From: Paragordius varius | Lineage: Eukaryota > Animalia > Nematomorpha | Length of the DNA: 64,000 bases | Assembly (NCBI GenBank): GCA_964247055.1 | Contig: OZ176050.1 | Span: forward strand, 7,626,001-7,690,000 | Direction of reading: 5' to 3' | Part shown: positions 1 to 13,659 of the stretch, one piece after another | Layout: each line of letters begins with the position of its first letter | How positions within the stretch are numbered: the stretch's first letter is position 1 | The notes under the pieces: model-generated | Told to the model about the DNA's origin: nothing | Seen by the model: only the letters and a program-made list of their open reading frames with translations | Database searches by the model: none | Made by a program: the position numbers and the translations under genes

Positions 1-653
1 CAATTGATATTAGCCCATGTACCTCCTAAGTCTTACTGTTATTCTAAGTTTAATTAGGATTTTCACACTACTATTTAATGAAACTATAAAATAATTCCGA
101 CTCACCCCTAAAACGGCTAGCCTTGCTTTTTTATAATAATTAGATATGATGATAAACTTTTTACAGTTTACAAGATTTAAAGAATCAAATTACAAATTTT
201 TTTATAAAATATGTTGTTGTTCCCTGGAGACAAACCTAAAAAAGAGGCATGCAGGTTACTAAAATAATTATGTTCTAAAGTATGAAGAATTTACACTATC
301 TCTTCCCATCAATCTTAATTATTGCGTTTAGTTAACATTACATAAAAAATTTACGGCATAATTTTGACATACTTGAACGAAGACCATTTTTTAATTTTTG
401 AAAAACTGACTGATAATAATAAATCAAAAAAACTATGTTTGTTCTATATTTATGAGTTTCTGCGTTTGTGCATTACAACGATTCGTGACAAAATAAGATA
501 TATATTTATGAAATGGCTCATGTGAATTTTTTTTCTCTAATTTCATATTTACAAATTACGAAAAATTTCAATTTTATTAATTCATAGGCAACTTTTTATA
601 TTGGCTGGCTGTTTTAAACTTTAATGTACGAAATTAATTCCCCCACCAAAAAA

Positions 654-930
654 CAAGGGCTGTACAGCATGCGGCCCGCTAAAAAATCGGAAAATTACTA
701 AATATATACCAAACTCCATAATTAAAAAAATTTTCTATTTACAATATCTTAGTAAAATTGCTACTTACAAATTTTTTGAATAATATTTCCAAATTTTGGC
801 AGCGAACTAGCTAAAAGTTGTTAAATAAATAGTAGATATTATGTCTTCATAAATTCTTTTACAGTTTTATGTTTGAATTTAAATGAGATGTTTATTAATG
901 CCGATATATATCTCGAATGCCGCCCGCCGC
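654..930. mobile_element. Truncated copy of a ~280-310 bp hAT-type MITE family
   Basis: Shares the core TTTCCAAATTTTGGCA..GAACTAG..AAATAAATAGTA..TTTTACAGTTTTA and the GCGGCCCG subterminal motif with 3927-4202 and 35852-36160; right TIR not seen. Confidence 0.55.
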
Positions 931-3926
931 TTTTTTGAGTCAAAAATGCGTGAGAAGCGATTTGTGTTGGATAGCCTGGAACATACAACATTTATTCTTC
1001 AAAAAATTTTATTATCCAGAATTCAACATTTTCAGTTTTTACACATCAATCCTATTGCACATTATTTTTTTATTTTTGACGGCTTTCAGTCATTAACTAT
1101 AAAATTGGTCTATAGCGGTTACCCCTTTATAAGAATTATATAAAATTTTAATTTAAGAGAGTATGTTTGTTTGTTTTTCACCTAATTATACATATAATAT
1201 GGATAAAATATTCATGATGCATATACTAGTAGCAAGGAGGATTAAACTAAAAATTTAATATAACCAAAAATAATTTATCGATTTTTTATTAATGGATTTT
1301 TTTACGTTTTGTTTTGTTTTAATGAAGAAAGTTTAAATGTAAATTGTATGAAGTTCTATTTTGAAAGATCTACTACACACATTTAAAATATTATTGATTC
1401 TCTGTTTATATCATAATCCAAAATTTTGGGTAGGTGAGAGGGAGACTTATTAATTTTTTTCGCATTAATTTATAAATCTTTTAAAATCTTTTCACTTATA
1501 CTAATATGGATATTGCTTAAATTTTATAGAGTCATTCATGTATAATTTTTTTACAAGCTTATTAATAATTAATTTCGATTGAAGCCAATAAAATAAATAT
1601 CTTGATATTAGCAGTCAATGCCAATTTTAATTTCATCATATTATATCTGTTGCTATATTTTGTCAGCCAAAGGCCAAATGCAAAATTAAAAATAAATAAT
1701 TAATGAACACTAGTATACTAAATTTTAATCAGTTGTTCACGTAATAAGTATCAAAATGATCACCCATCTTTTTTTTGGAGCGAGATTAAAAAAGTTTACG
1801 ATTGTAGTAAAAGTATATTTTTTACGGAATTATTGATCAGGTAATAAAAATAATATTTTTGTATGCTGACTTATTTAAGGTGTACCAACTGAATGTCAAA
1901 TAGTCTGCATTTTTATCTTTTTGCTCATTTGACAAAATAATTAAACTAAGCCATTTTTACGAAACAGAAACAACTATAAAAGTAAGGAAAAATCAATCAA
2001 AACAATTTTTTTGACAACTCCTTTATCAAAAAGTTGAACATTTTCTCATAAAAGATGTTAAATATTTACAGCTTTCATAGCATATACCCTAAAATATAAT
2101 TATTTATATACACTAGCTTTATAGTTTTGTTAAATTAAATTTTTGCTAACGGAAATTTGCATTTCTATTGTTTTGTATCATCATAATATATATCATCTGT
2201 TATAAATATAAATTTTTATTTAGTATTTTTAGATAAGGAAATTACCAAATTTAATTTTATGAAAAAATTTATACATCCCCCTCAAACTGATTTAAGCAGT
2301 CAACTTAAAATAATTTCATTAATAAATTTTTAATTATCTATTAAATAGATCAATCTTTGTAAATTGATACATAGTAAAAAAAAATAAAATTATATTGTTT
2401 TTTTAATAAGCTTAGCAATTAAAATCGTTTAAAGACATTTGAAATAAGATCCTCACTCCTCATAAAAATTTAAATTTTTCATGTGGTTTTTAAAACAAAG
2501 TTTTGACTAAAGTATCAGTTGCTAAAATGGTGATACACCGGAAACTAAATATATATGATCAATTCTTCAGTCGAGATGGAATAATATATTTTTATAAATA
2601 TCATACAATCTTATTCTATAATGGTAAAAGCTTTTTTCATTTAAAGTACAAATTTATAAGTATATCCATCAGAATCAGATAACGGGTCTATAGTTAAATG
2701 TATAAGTGTTTTTCACGAAACATTCTTTTTGCAAACATTTATGAATGTGTTTATCTGAAATGTTTATATTTTGTTAGACGCTTTTTAAATTCTTATCACA
2801 AGCATAGTAAGGTATGTATTTATTATGATCTATTGAGTTTAAAATCCATTTTATTTTAAATAAAATTCTTTAGTGAAAATTCTTTTAGATGGCTGCTTAT
2901 AAATGGATCATCGGGAGTTTATTTTCCTTTATGGAAAGAGACCACGAAATTTTCACAGCTGTTAAGTCACTCTATCCAAAAATAAAAAAAATAGAAATAT
3001 TTGACTATCCAAATTTTGATTAGTATTCATTTATTTTTTTCGTTCTTAGCTGTTTCGACGACTAATCATGAAACGGTTTGTATATATCTTTAAAATAATG
3101 ATGGTTGATTTCCTCATGTTTCATAAATGTTTTGTTGGAGTCGCTTCTAAGTTTTGCAAATTATTTTTTGGGGTTAAAATGTAAACGCAATCTACATCTA
3201 TTTTTGATTGGCTTTATGATTTTGAAGATCGATCAAAAACAAAGTTGTTTCGTTCTTAAAAACTTTTTTGAAATGATTTTATTTTGAGTTTGATAAAAAA
3301 AATTAACACAAGATTGAAATATTTTTTTTAATTAACACTAAGCTAATGTATTATGCCATGGCGGATTAGTCAAATACCAAAATTAGGAAAATCTAACAGA
3401 TCAGGCGTGTATATGTTTTGACAACTATATAACTTTACAGTAGATTTAAAAGTAAATTGCTTAATATTTGGTGCTTTTTATTTATACACTAATTTTCGAT
3501 ATTTTTTTAACTCGACATTAAATATTAATGGTTTTTTATACAATATTTTACTAAACATCAAATAATGATATTGTCATAAATGTATATGCAAAATTTTGTT
3601 ATAATCTTTCTAAAGTTTAAACAAACTTGCTCATACAATCCATAAATATAGAGATTTTTAAATATTGAAATTACCGATGTATTTAAAACTGTTTTTGGAA
3701 TAATCATTGTAAAATATATTATTGATTGAATATATAAAAATATATTTTGATGCCACCAAACGATTTTAATTAACATGATTAAAAAATTTATAGCCTATAA
3801 TCCCATTTTAAAAAGTAACAACTTAAATTGTATTACTGAACTTATGAAAACTCCTCGCTAGTGGTGCCAGTGGACAAAAACTGATATTTAAACTCTAGAC
3901 TACTTACTACATAGGGTATATTAAAA

Positions 3927-4202
3927 CAGGGGTCTTTAACACGCGGCCTTTCCAAATATTGCAGCCCGCGAGAAATTTTAAATACAAAATTTTTCGTAAC
4001 AGAAATGTTTTTCTTAAACAAATTTTCCGATTAGGGTTTTCCAAATTTTGGCAAGGAACTAGTAAAAATTATTGAAATAAATAGTACTTTTTACAGTTTT
4101 ACGTTTAAATCTAGTAAAATATTTGTTATGGTACATTAATTTTATGAATGATTTTTCGATCCGAAAATGCGGCCATAAAGCCATTTGTTTTGGACACCCC
4201 TG
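3927..4202. mobile_element. hAT-type MITE (276 bp)
   Basis: Ends CAGGGGTC...GACACCCCTG; flanking 8-mers TATTAAAA/CTTTAAAA (6/8 match, decayed TSD). Confidence 0.7.
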
Positions 4203-5294
4203 CTTTAAAATAAGGGAAAATGAGACTATAAACTCTATAATTTTTTAATTTCACAAAAAATGTCTGAAAGAACCTCATTGTCATTAAATATTTAATTAGT
4301 TTTGATAACATTTTATATTACATGGTAGTTTTGGCTTTTGACTAAAAATTTTGAATTTTAATTAGTGCATGTTGAAATAATATGGTTTGTCAAGGCTAAA
4401 CTTTTAATTAAAAATTTTTAATCTATCAAACATGTTTAATTAAATTCATGCCGTTTTTTTCAACCGTATTACGTGGCGAAATTGTGTTTAACCCTTAAAT
4501 ATTTTTCATTTATCTAAAATAAAATCATATCATTGAGTACACCATATTTTTCAGGCACTGAATTCACCACTACATGTGCCACTTTATTTAAAAATTAACA
4601 CGCATAGTATTTTTACCATTCTAGAATATCCGATATGATGTGCAAATCAAATAATTTAAATGGAACTGATGCAGTATGAGTAAATATACATGGCTGGTTT
4701 TTCATTAATTATTGCCATATAGCATATACTAAGAGAATATTCTTGGTTGAATCAATTTTTCTTTTTCTAACTATTCACCAATAATAATTCTTTTTCCCAT
4801 CCATGGAAATATTGAAAAACTAGTAGTGTATCGTTAATCCACTGTAATATATCACTTTATAAATTACATGTTAATTAACTGAACACTAATTTGTATCTAA
4901 GGTGATGAAATTGGAGGCCTTGTATTAGCATCTGAGTAGACTTAAATAAGCCCATATAAATCAGCCATATATATTTAAAAATTTATGAAATCATATTTCC
5001 TACCTCTTAAATTTTAAGGTTTTGATAAGCCGCAAAAATGGTAGCTATATTTTCCTATCACAAATTTTACCCGAAGGGCATTAAGCTTTTTGAGTTTTTT
5101 ACGCCGGTTTAACTAAAGATCGACAGTCAAGGCCCAATTGTATGGGACTAAACCTAACATTGAACAGAAAATATTTTATTAGAAGCTAAAAACCTAAAAC
5201 TTTAAAATACATTTATCATCGATTACTATGTTCTTTTTGAATAATGGTTAACAAATATTATTGGCCAATTTTAAATTAAAATTATTTTTCTTAG

Positions 5295-5429
5295 GCCATA
5301 TACAAAATGGTAGGGTCAGTTATGAAAATGCCCGACGATGAATCAACGCCAGAAAAGCGCACAGAAAAAATATTTAAACAAATGGATCTCAACAATGATG
5401 GTCTGCTATCCCTCGAAGAATTTATCAAA
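5295..5429 (+). CDS. Nca: Neurocalcin penultimate coding exon (EF-hand 4 loop [12 protein letters not shown])
   Basis: Acceptor TTTTCTTAG at 5294, donor GTAAGT at 5430, 45 codons. Confidence 0.92.
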
Positions 5430-5961
5430 GTAAGTCAATAACACATGATACAATATTATATATGATTTTGCAGAATATATTTTTGGGGATTAAATTATAT
5501 TATATTTTTTGGTTGTGAGACAAAAGTAATAGCTTTTAATTTTAGTTCATTATTATATTCCTTAATTTTTTAAAATAAATGTTCCTGTAACATTCCTTAT
5601 TTTGAATTCCTAACTTTCTGTATCAAAGCTTAAATTTGGCCTTATTCTAAAAACATTTAAAGAGCACAATGACAAATCTTGTTTAATTAAACCATAAATG
5701 TGTCGTTGGTCATACAGTTATAAAAGGTAGGGAAGAAGCAATTATAAAATTTAAAGTATCAAGTTAACAATGAATGTATAAATTATTTATGTCCATAATA
5801 TATTGTATTAAAAAGAGACATTTTTTGTGTAATTTGATACACAGGGAGCGCGAAATGATCCCTCTATCGTACGCTTGTTGCAATGCGGAAGTAACGGAAC
5901 GACTAATTACAATGAAGATGACAACGGACCGGATGAAACACCACCTTCAAAGGCACACTAA
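5295..5961 (+). CDS. Nca: Neurocalcin/hippocalcin-like neuronal calcium sensor, 3' part of gene (upstream exons not found in window)
   Basis: join(5295-5429,5845-5961) gives [45 protein letters not shown]|[38 protein letters not shown], the EF4 region and C-terminus of neurocalcin; both exons have AG/GT boundaries in phase 0. Confidence 0.93.
5845..5961 (+). CDS. Nca: Neurocalcin terminal coding exon
   Basis: Acceptor ACAG at 5844; [14 protein letters not shown] motif; TAA at 5959-5961. Confidence 0.9.
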   Translation, partial: GARNDPSIVRLLQCGSNGTTNYNEDDNGPDETPPSKAH

Positions 5962-6659
5962 CAAGTGCACTCTCTTCATATCCCATCTTCTGTTTTAATT
6001 TTGTGATTATATAACTCAAAATATGTTTATACTTGTTTCCAAAAAAAGCTTAAAGCTAAAATATTAATACATTAACACACATACATATATAATATCATTA
6101 TATAACGGTAAAAATAAATTTAAGTATATATATTATATGGCTAAATCAATTTGAAGCAAATATTAAGAATTTTCTACTATTTTATCAATTCATTCAAATG
6201 ACTATTCATTTTTTATACAAATTATAGATAAAGTGTATAGGGAGACTAAACTAAAATATCCCCGATTGACAAAATTAATGTTTTAAGGGAATTATAGGTC
6301 ATTGAGGGTTTGAGTTACTACTAAACATGCTGTCGTTTTTCATAAATAGATAAATAGCCATCCAGGACCTATTATTTCATGATGGACCCATAAATCATTT
6401 GTTTTGTATTCGGAAATCGGGACCATGCATAATTGGCAATTATCACTAATTGAAATTTTCGTTACTGGCATAAATGGGTTCCGACCACATTGCTATTATT
6501 TCTAAAAGATTACATAATAATTATCAAATAATGTTTTTCAAATATATTTTGGTTAAATTTATGTAGTTTCGATACTGGATCTAAATATTTTAATAAGCGT
6601 AAAAAATATTACCCATAAAATTTCCATAAAACACTTTTATACATGTAAAAAATACTAAC

Positions 6660-6960
6660 ACTCCATTACCTTTGGGGTAGTGTTATATCCAAAAGCGATT
6701 TGAAATTTGAATATAATTAATGGTATTTAAGGTATTTACGCGAATTTAAAAATAGGCTTTCTTTAGCCTTTAAGGCGCATTATACAATTTTTTTTTAAAA
6801 AAACTGTAAAATTGGAAAACATCCTCATCTCAAACTTTTTTGCCGCCATTTTTTTCCTATATTTTTTTTATAATACAACATGGAAATAACTGTATATTAT
6901 GGTTAGAAAATGTAAATAATTAACTTTAAATCAGGCTACATTTTACAAGCATTAACTTGC
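6660..6960. repeat. Unclassified dispersed repeat, copy 1
   Basis: Colinear with 13660-13990: TAGCCTTT.AGGCGCAT, AAACTGTAA, GCCGCCATTTTT, GTATATTATGGTT..AAATGTAA. Confidence 0.6.
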
Positions 6961-7399
6961 TATATATTTATTTAAATATCAGCTGTTAGTATCAATCATC
7001 TTGGAACTGTCCCAATATTAGACTCTAGCACAGGGCTTCTTAAACTTTTGTAACTCTCGACCCCATTTATGATTGCGAGTTTCTTAACGACCCCTCAAAA
7101 AAAGAAAAAATAAATTAATATTTTTTGATGATATATTTATTAGGTAACAATATATATTCATGTGAAAATGTATAAATTTAGAATTCGTTTTGAAACATAT
7201 AAATCAAAAATTGATATTCGCACAAAATGTTCTAGCAATGTTTTTATTATAGTTTCAAAAACAAAAGTGGATTCTTACCGTCTTAATTCTCTCGAATGTA
7301 TCCAAGTAGTTGTGTGGTAAATATTAAATTAAAGTTTACGTTAAAAATTAATGATATGGATATGCCTGTTTTTTATGCATAACAAATCAAATCTTGGCG

Positions 7400-8483
7400 T
7401 AATGTTTGAAACTGTGGACGTAAAACCTCTTCAACATTTTTTATCGCTAAACGATATTGGGATTTTATGTGTTAAAGCTGAGAAAGTAACTTTATATAAA
7501 TATGTGTTGCCGAATGGTAGAAGTACATTAAACGCCATATCGGCGATTGTGGGAAATTCAATTCTAGTTCCGATCCAAAATTTAGTCAAGGGCTTTTTTG
7601 GAATTGTAGTTTTAAGTTTGAGTCACACGAAACTCAGCAAATTCCTCTTGAGCTTTAAGTGGCAGATGATCAATCTCACTCAAGCCAATCCAAAACGGCT
7701 TTTTAATCCAAACTATTTTTTTAAATCAATATTTAATATAAAATATGTCTGTAACTGTATTTCTAGCGCTTTTAATTGATTTACAATAGTCTTTGCAATA
7801 AAAGTTCCACAATGAATTTTCTCAATTACAAAATTACTGGAAAACACTTAGAACGAATTTTTTTCGACCCTACTTTTCCAATGCTGATCTTTGTAATAAA
7901 ACTTTCAATATTATCGTTTGAAGTAAATAGTTAGATCGTTCTTGGCAAAAATTTCTGACAAATAACACAGCTTGGACAGCCACAAGTCATTTTGAAAAAA
8001 AGCAGCAAATTCATATTTTCGTTCAGTTGAAATATTTCGATCTCGTCCTTTAATAACAATAATCTTTTTAAACTTTGACCTCTTGACAACCATCTTACTT
8101 CTGCATCTAATAACAAAGTTGTGTAGTAATCCGTATCTTTACAATGAAAATAAGCGGCTATTAAGGGCATGGCTCTTAATAAAATTTATGACCTTAACAT
8201 CATCTTGAACCCCATCGTTCGATTCTGGTGCTAATTTTTTTTCTGCAAGAGCCTCTCGGTGAATTAGGCAATGAGTAAAAGTTATATGATCATAATGAGC
8301 AGCTTGAAAAAAAGATTCAAAACCAATATTTTTGCCCGTCATCGCTCTTGCACCATCTGTGCATATTCCACAGTAATTTTTCCATTCTAACCTTTCTTTT
8401 ATAAATTCGTTAACTTTACGATATATGTCTTTCCCCGTAGTATGGTCTTCCATAGGACAACAAAATAACAATTCTTCCTCCAC
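7400..8483 (-). pseudogene. Frameshifted hAT transposase remnant (catalytic and C-terminal dimerisation parts)
   Basis: ORFs 8139-8483(-), 7931-8170(-) and 7911-8093(-) are successive pieces in different frames; the dimerisation-like segment (FW..EFPTIA..A..LLPF..TYL) lies near 7400-7600(-). Confidence 0.85.
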
Positions 8484-8516
8484 GCTTTCATTGCCTTATT
8501 CACCGAGAGGCTTTTT

Positions 8517-9062
8517 AAAAAAAGGCCTTGACTAAATTCTGGATCGCAACTAAAACTGAATTTCCCACAATCGCTGGTATGGCGTTTGGACTTCTACCAT
8601 TCAACACCACATATTTATATGAAGTTACTTTTTCAGCCACACATAAATCCCAATATCGTTCAGCGATAAAAAATATTGAAGAGGTCTTACGCCCAGTAGT
8701 TTCAAACATTACACCAAGATTTGATTTGTTTTGCAATAAACAGGCATATCTATTTCAATTAATTTAATATTTACCACGCAACTACTTGGAATATTCGAGA
8801 GAATCAAGACGGTCAAAATCCACCTTTGTTTTTGAAACTATAAATACATTTCTACAACATTTTATGCAATTTTCAATTTTACATTTTTATATGTTTCAAA
8901 ACGAATTCTAAATTTATGTATTTTCATCTCATATGTATATTGTTACCTAATAAATATATCATCAAAAAATATTTATTTATTTTTCTTTTCTATTTGTTGG
9001 GGTAGTTGAGAAATGCGCAGTCATAAATGGGGTCGGGAAATATAAAAGTTAAAGTAGCCCTG
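8517..9062 (+). mobile_element. Second, oppositely oriented 3' end of the same hAT family inside the element
   Basis: ORF 8528-8767 (FWIATKTEFPTIAGMAFGLLPFNTTYLYEVTFS) plus a subterminal region ending AAAGTTAAAGTAGCCCTG; reverse complement of 7031-7600 with divergence. Confidence 0.85.
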
Positions 9063-11233
9063 GATGAAAATAACACAGAATTTTATATAATTTGTTTGAG
9101 ATAACACTTAGATATTTGGATGTATCAGGTTTATTTCGGTTTTAAGAGATTAACAAAAATAAATCTACATTTTTTAAAAAATTTTATACTTCTGATTCAT
9201 AGTAATTTATACAAGATATTATGATGATAGGAATAGAAATGCTGGTATAAACAGTCTTTCCGAACCAAAAGATTATATGATACATTTATCTACGATGATT
9301 GTTACTTTTCTTTATAACAATAATTTCACAAGTTAAAAAACATTTTTTGAATTGTATTTTTATCACTCGCGGCCCCAAATGGGGTCGGGACCCATAGTTT
9401 AAGAAGCCCTGCTCTAGCATAATACTGTTAAAAATAAAAGCTTTATTTTAATACAGGATAACAATGTTTGATAAACTAAAATAACTTTCAAAACTGTAGT
9501 TTATTTACAAAATTGAGCTCTATGATATAAAACTCTCAAATATGCCAATTAGGACAAAAAGTGAATGGTAATGAAGGGTTATGAAAGTTTGTTTGCACCC
9601 CTCACGTGATAGCATTAAGTATATTTATTCAAAATGTAAACCGACTTTCTCATTTACTAAAAACTAAATAATTTGATACTGCATTTATTTCAAGGGCATT
9701 TTTAAAAAAATTTTTAACTATTGGTTTCAAAAAGAATATATTTGAAAAGATATTTTAACTTCTGCTGTATATACAGTCACCCCAATTTTCAATAAAATTG
9801 TCTTGATTCTCCGTCTTTAACCCATAAAACTGTAGAGTAATGCAAACAAGATATTGCGTATATCTGGTCTAACGGATTCTTATATATAAAAAGGCTGGTA
9901 TTGGATACGCAAGTAAAATGCCGTAAATGATAACTATTTAATGTTCAGATAGTGTGGTGTAGAGGAGGTCCACTTTTTGTAATATTGTAAACAAAACTTT
10001 TCTCTAAATTGCGGTTTGGGTTAAATTGGTTTCTAATATTGTATATCAACCTGATTTGGGACTTTTTACCCTTACCGCTGATTCTAACGTATAGAAATAC
10101 AATAGGCTAGATCGTATAATGTAGCTGAATTGAGTTTATAAAAATGAAAATGCCAAGCAATGAAAAATCACTAATTTTATTTAAGATTGTACGATATGTA
10201 GCGTGCAACAAAACGAAACCAATTCAAAATCAAAAAAATATTTCCGAAACTGACCCTTACTGATTTGTGTTTAAATTAATATAAAATTAGGTAAACGGGT
10301 ATACTTAAAATTAAGCAGGGCATTTAAAAGGTTGATCAGGTAGCACCATCAGAACTTGTTCTAATATTAGGGGTGTTCCAGCTAGTTTCTGATCAGTGCC
10401 CTGTAACAACAATTTTATAGTATATTTCTGGTCCAATATATTTTAAATTCTATTCTTAAATATGATACAATTATCGTTACCATTTAAACCAAATCAATTA
10501 GGGCAGATTTAATTGACAGTATTTGATGCTAGGAGATAAGGTCCATTTTTTACATGTACCCAAACCAATTTTTTATGACCGTTGCTAGACCGGCTTCTTT
10601 ATAAAATTGTGAAATATAACAATCTTTGAGCCAGTATTTATTTTTATTTTAAACACAATATTAGGATTATATATAGGTTATTAGAACAATCACTTTTGAC
10701 TTATTAATAAAATTTAATTATAAAAACTTAATTTGTCCAGTAAAACTTATAATTGAGAAAGCCGGGATCTTTCAAATTATCTCGGGAAGTTGTCGATAAC
10801 GTTTCCTTTTTTAAAAAACTTTCAAGGAACTTTTAATATTATATCTATAAAACATAAAAAATATTAGATTTTTGACAATAAAATATTTTATATTATTAAA
10901 ATTTTATCTATGAATTATCATTTTCAAATTATAATTAGCTCAATAGAGAAAGGTTTGTTGGATAAAAATATGAGATAGCTGCTATCATGTTCTATAAATT
11001 CTGGAAAGCTGGTTCTAAATTTTACTGTGATACTGTAAAAGCGTTCATACCTTCGGCATGCATTTGTATGCATTTTGGTTTATTACTTTTTTTTGTAGAA
11101 AATGATAGAGTACCTAAATAAATATGTTTTATGTTTACTTAACCGGTCTATTTTATTTAAATAAATGGAATTCTCTGTCACATGGCGAGGAAACTTAATT
11201 CAAACATTATGTTGAGGTAATCGAAAATAGTGC

Positions 11234-12265
11234 AAGGTGTAATCATAAGTCAGTGGTTACCCAGCCGATTAATTTGACAAAGACGCCATTTTGTCGAATT
11301 AACCGAGCACATCAGGATGAAGAAAACTAACATCTTATTTTTTCATTCTGTTTGCTGATTAAACATAAGGTAAATATCTTACATCAACTAGATCATATCA
11401 AACATAGTTTAGAAAATTTAAAAGTTGTTATTTCAATATGAATGAGATTGGATGTTCTGGTACTACAACAGCGAAAAGGATGACTGAGAGTTATTGGATG
11501 ATGACTTAACTTATCTCAACGGTAACCGGCAAAAGCATTATATGTATTACAAAAAACAATGAGTAAAAGTTTACGAGCAACGGGGAAGGCTAATAATTAC
11601 AGATGAGTCTCAAACAATCTAAATGAACGTCAAATCGAAAATCGCAAAGTTACTTGAAATCCTGCTTGTCACGAAAGGAAATAATTTTTGCATTGAATTG
11701 CAATGGGTGATGAATTTGTAAAATCAAAGCGGAAAAATCGTGGCTTCCTCAAGCCGGTCCTTCAACACCAAGGCTGCTTCGGCAAGACCATGCTCTGTGT
11801 CGGTGTTAAATCAGTATGTTTATTAACTTTTGAAGCCCGGTAAAATCGTTAATACATAACGCTATCGCCAACAAATGATTATTTTATATAATTTAATCGA
11901 GAAATGACCGGAAGTCAGAAAATATGGCAAAATAAATTTGCTGAATGATAATGGTCCGTCTCACACAGCAAAACCAAAGACAGAAAAAAACCGCTTTAAT
12001 GGGAAATTCTTTCGGATTCGTGGTACTCTCCTAACCGGCACCATTTGATCAAAATTTCTTCGCATCTATAGGGTAACGCTGGCCCAGCAAGATGGAAAAT
12101 GGTCTGACGAATGATTTGCCGCACATTCTGCCATGGAATTTAAATATTACTTGATAGATGGGTGAAACTTGTATAAGCCGATGGACAATATTTTGTTTAT
12201 AATTGATTTCCCTTGAAACTACGTAATTTTTTTTTACCAAAACACGATAGTTATAAACACACCTG
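11234..12265 (+). mobile_element. Degenerate mariner (Mos1-like) transposon relic
   Basis: Remnants of DNAPSHT (GATAATGGTCCGTCTCACACA), YSPDLAPSD (TACTCTCCT..GCACCATTTGAT near 12024) and ERWEK..DGQYF; TIR-like ends AGGTGTAATCATAAG / TTATAAACACACCT. Confidence 0.75.
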
Positions 12266-13659
12266 CTTTGAGAAGACTCATCATGCAACTGGACCATTTA
12301 TGGTTTTTAACCAGTAATGCCCTTTGAAGGTCCCATTTGGGAAGCCGCTTCAGTGTAGCGTGACAAGAATCCCTCGATCGAATTTAACCCCCTCGCAATT
12401 CTTTTCCCATCAACTAAGAGTTAGTACTTTTATTTATTAGACCAATATATCCTTTGTGTAATAATATCCATATTGTTTCTTGATCACCTTATAAATGAAC
12501 AGCTGATTATTTTATAAAGAAAGTTAAAACAGGTCTGTAGTTGGGTCCTATGTTTTTAAAAGAGTAAGCATGAACTTTATCCACTTTTCGTAATTGTTCT
12601 ATTCTGATGATAGAAAATATCCTTTTTGTAGTATATTATACTTGTCATACTGGACGTGTTAATAGAGAGCATTGATATGGAAGTTTTATTTTTGTAAATT
12701 TGATAATTGCGATAATGATTATTATCAATCCTTAGAAGGCAGTCGGTATTATATGAATAGAGTATATTAAATGTCTACATTTATTATTTATTGGTTGAAT
12801 CTGTTTGTTAGCAATTATTGAGCCCATGTAATATATTTGTGGCTATTCCAGTAAAATTTGCGAAATTGTTCAGTCTCTTGTTAACTGCAAAAAACAACCT
12901 TTCCCGACAAAAAATTAATAGTTAAACAATATTACTCCCATCTATATTCATATGCCTTTGATTGAAAAATCCCAATGACTTGTTATGTTTAAGTCTTTTA
13001 TAGTTATTAACGTTTCGTCAATGGGCAACTGCATGAGTCTTTTGATAGTGTTAAAAATATCTAGTTTGTCGCGGCTAACTTATTTAATTTTTGTATGGAG
13101 TGTGAATATTTTGCAAATGGCGATTGAATATTTAATCAAAAATCAGTATAAACCAGCCACCGTTAGTTACTACATTGACTGCACCAAAAAGCTGGGTTTT
13201 ATTCAGATGCGCTTTCTACAGGTGTTTATAAAGAACAATTAAAAATGCACTATTGCCTCAAATAAACTCTCAATATAGTTAAAAATCATTTTGGTATTTT
13301 TTTCAGATAGAAATCGGTGAATCTTTTATACGTTTTAAGAACGCAAATCATTAAAAGAGATGGCTCTCAAATAGATATTCGAATACCATAAAAGAAAAAT
13401 AAATGCAAAGACTAAAATGTAAAAAACAACTGATCTATATACCTAAAATGCAAAACGGCAAATTACCATATATTTGCAATAATATACGATAAATAACTAA
13501 AACACCTGAAAAGGCTGCGAATAATATAATCTAAAAAAGCGTTTTAACGATAGGCATTTTCTAAAAGCCAAAATTATCGAAAACTATCGAACAAAATTTA
13601 AAAATTAAAATAAATAAGAACAAACTCTTATATAACATCGATTTTTTTCAATAAAGTCC

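Larger units (their letters stand above)
7031..9411 (-). mobile_element. Internally deleted and rearranged Buster-group hAT DNA transposon (2381 bp)
   Basis: Perfect 16-bp TIR CAGGGCTTCTTAAACT (7031-7046; reverse complement at 9396-9411); perfect 8-bp TSD CTCTAGCA (7023-7030, 9412-9419); minus-strand transposase remnants with CTDGARAMTG, THCLIHREALA and EVRWLSRG motifs typical of ZBED5/SCAND3/TcBuster-like proteins. Confidence 0.92.

Noticed and set aside
2888-2965. MDHREFIFLYG segment resembling the EF2 exit IDFREFI of neurocalcin
   Set aside because: An in-frame stop immediately precedes it and the remaining residues do not match; chance similarity
1-5294. Upstream neurocalcin exons (EF1-EF3, myristoylation site)
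   Set aside because: No MGKxxSK, WYKGF or AFSMYDLD-like segment found by eye; they probably lie before the window
7351-7779. 142-aa plus-strand ORF (and 8515-8736 minus ORF)
   Set aside because: Antisense shadow of the hAT transposase C-terminal remnant
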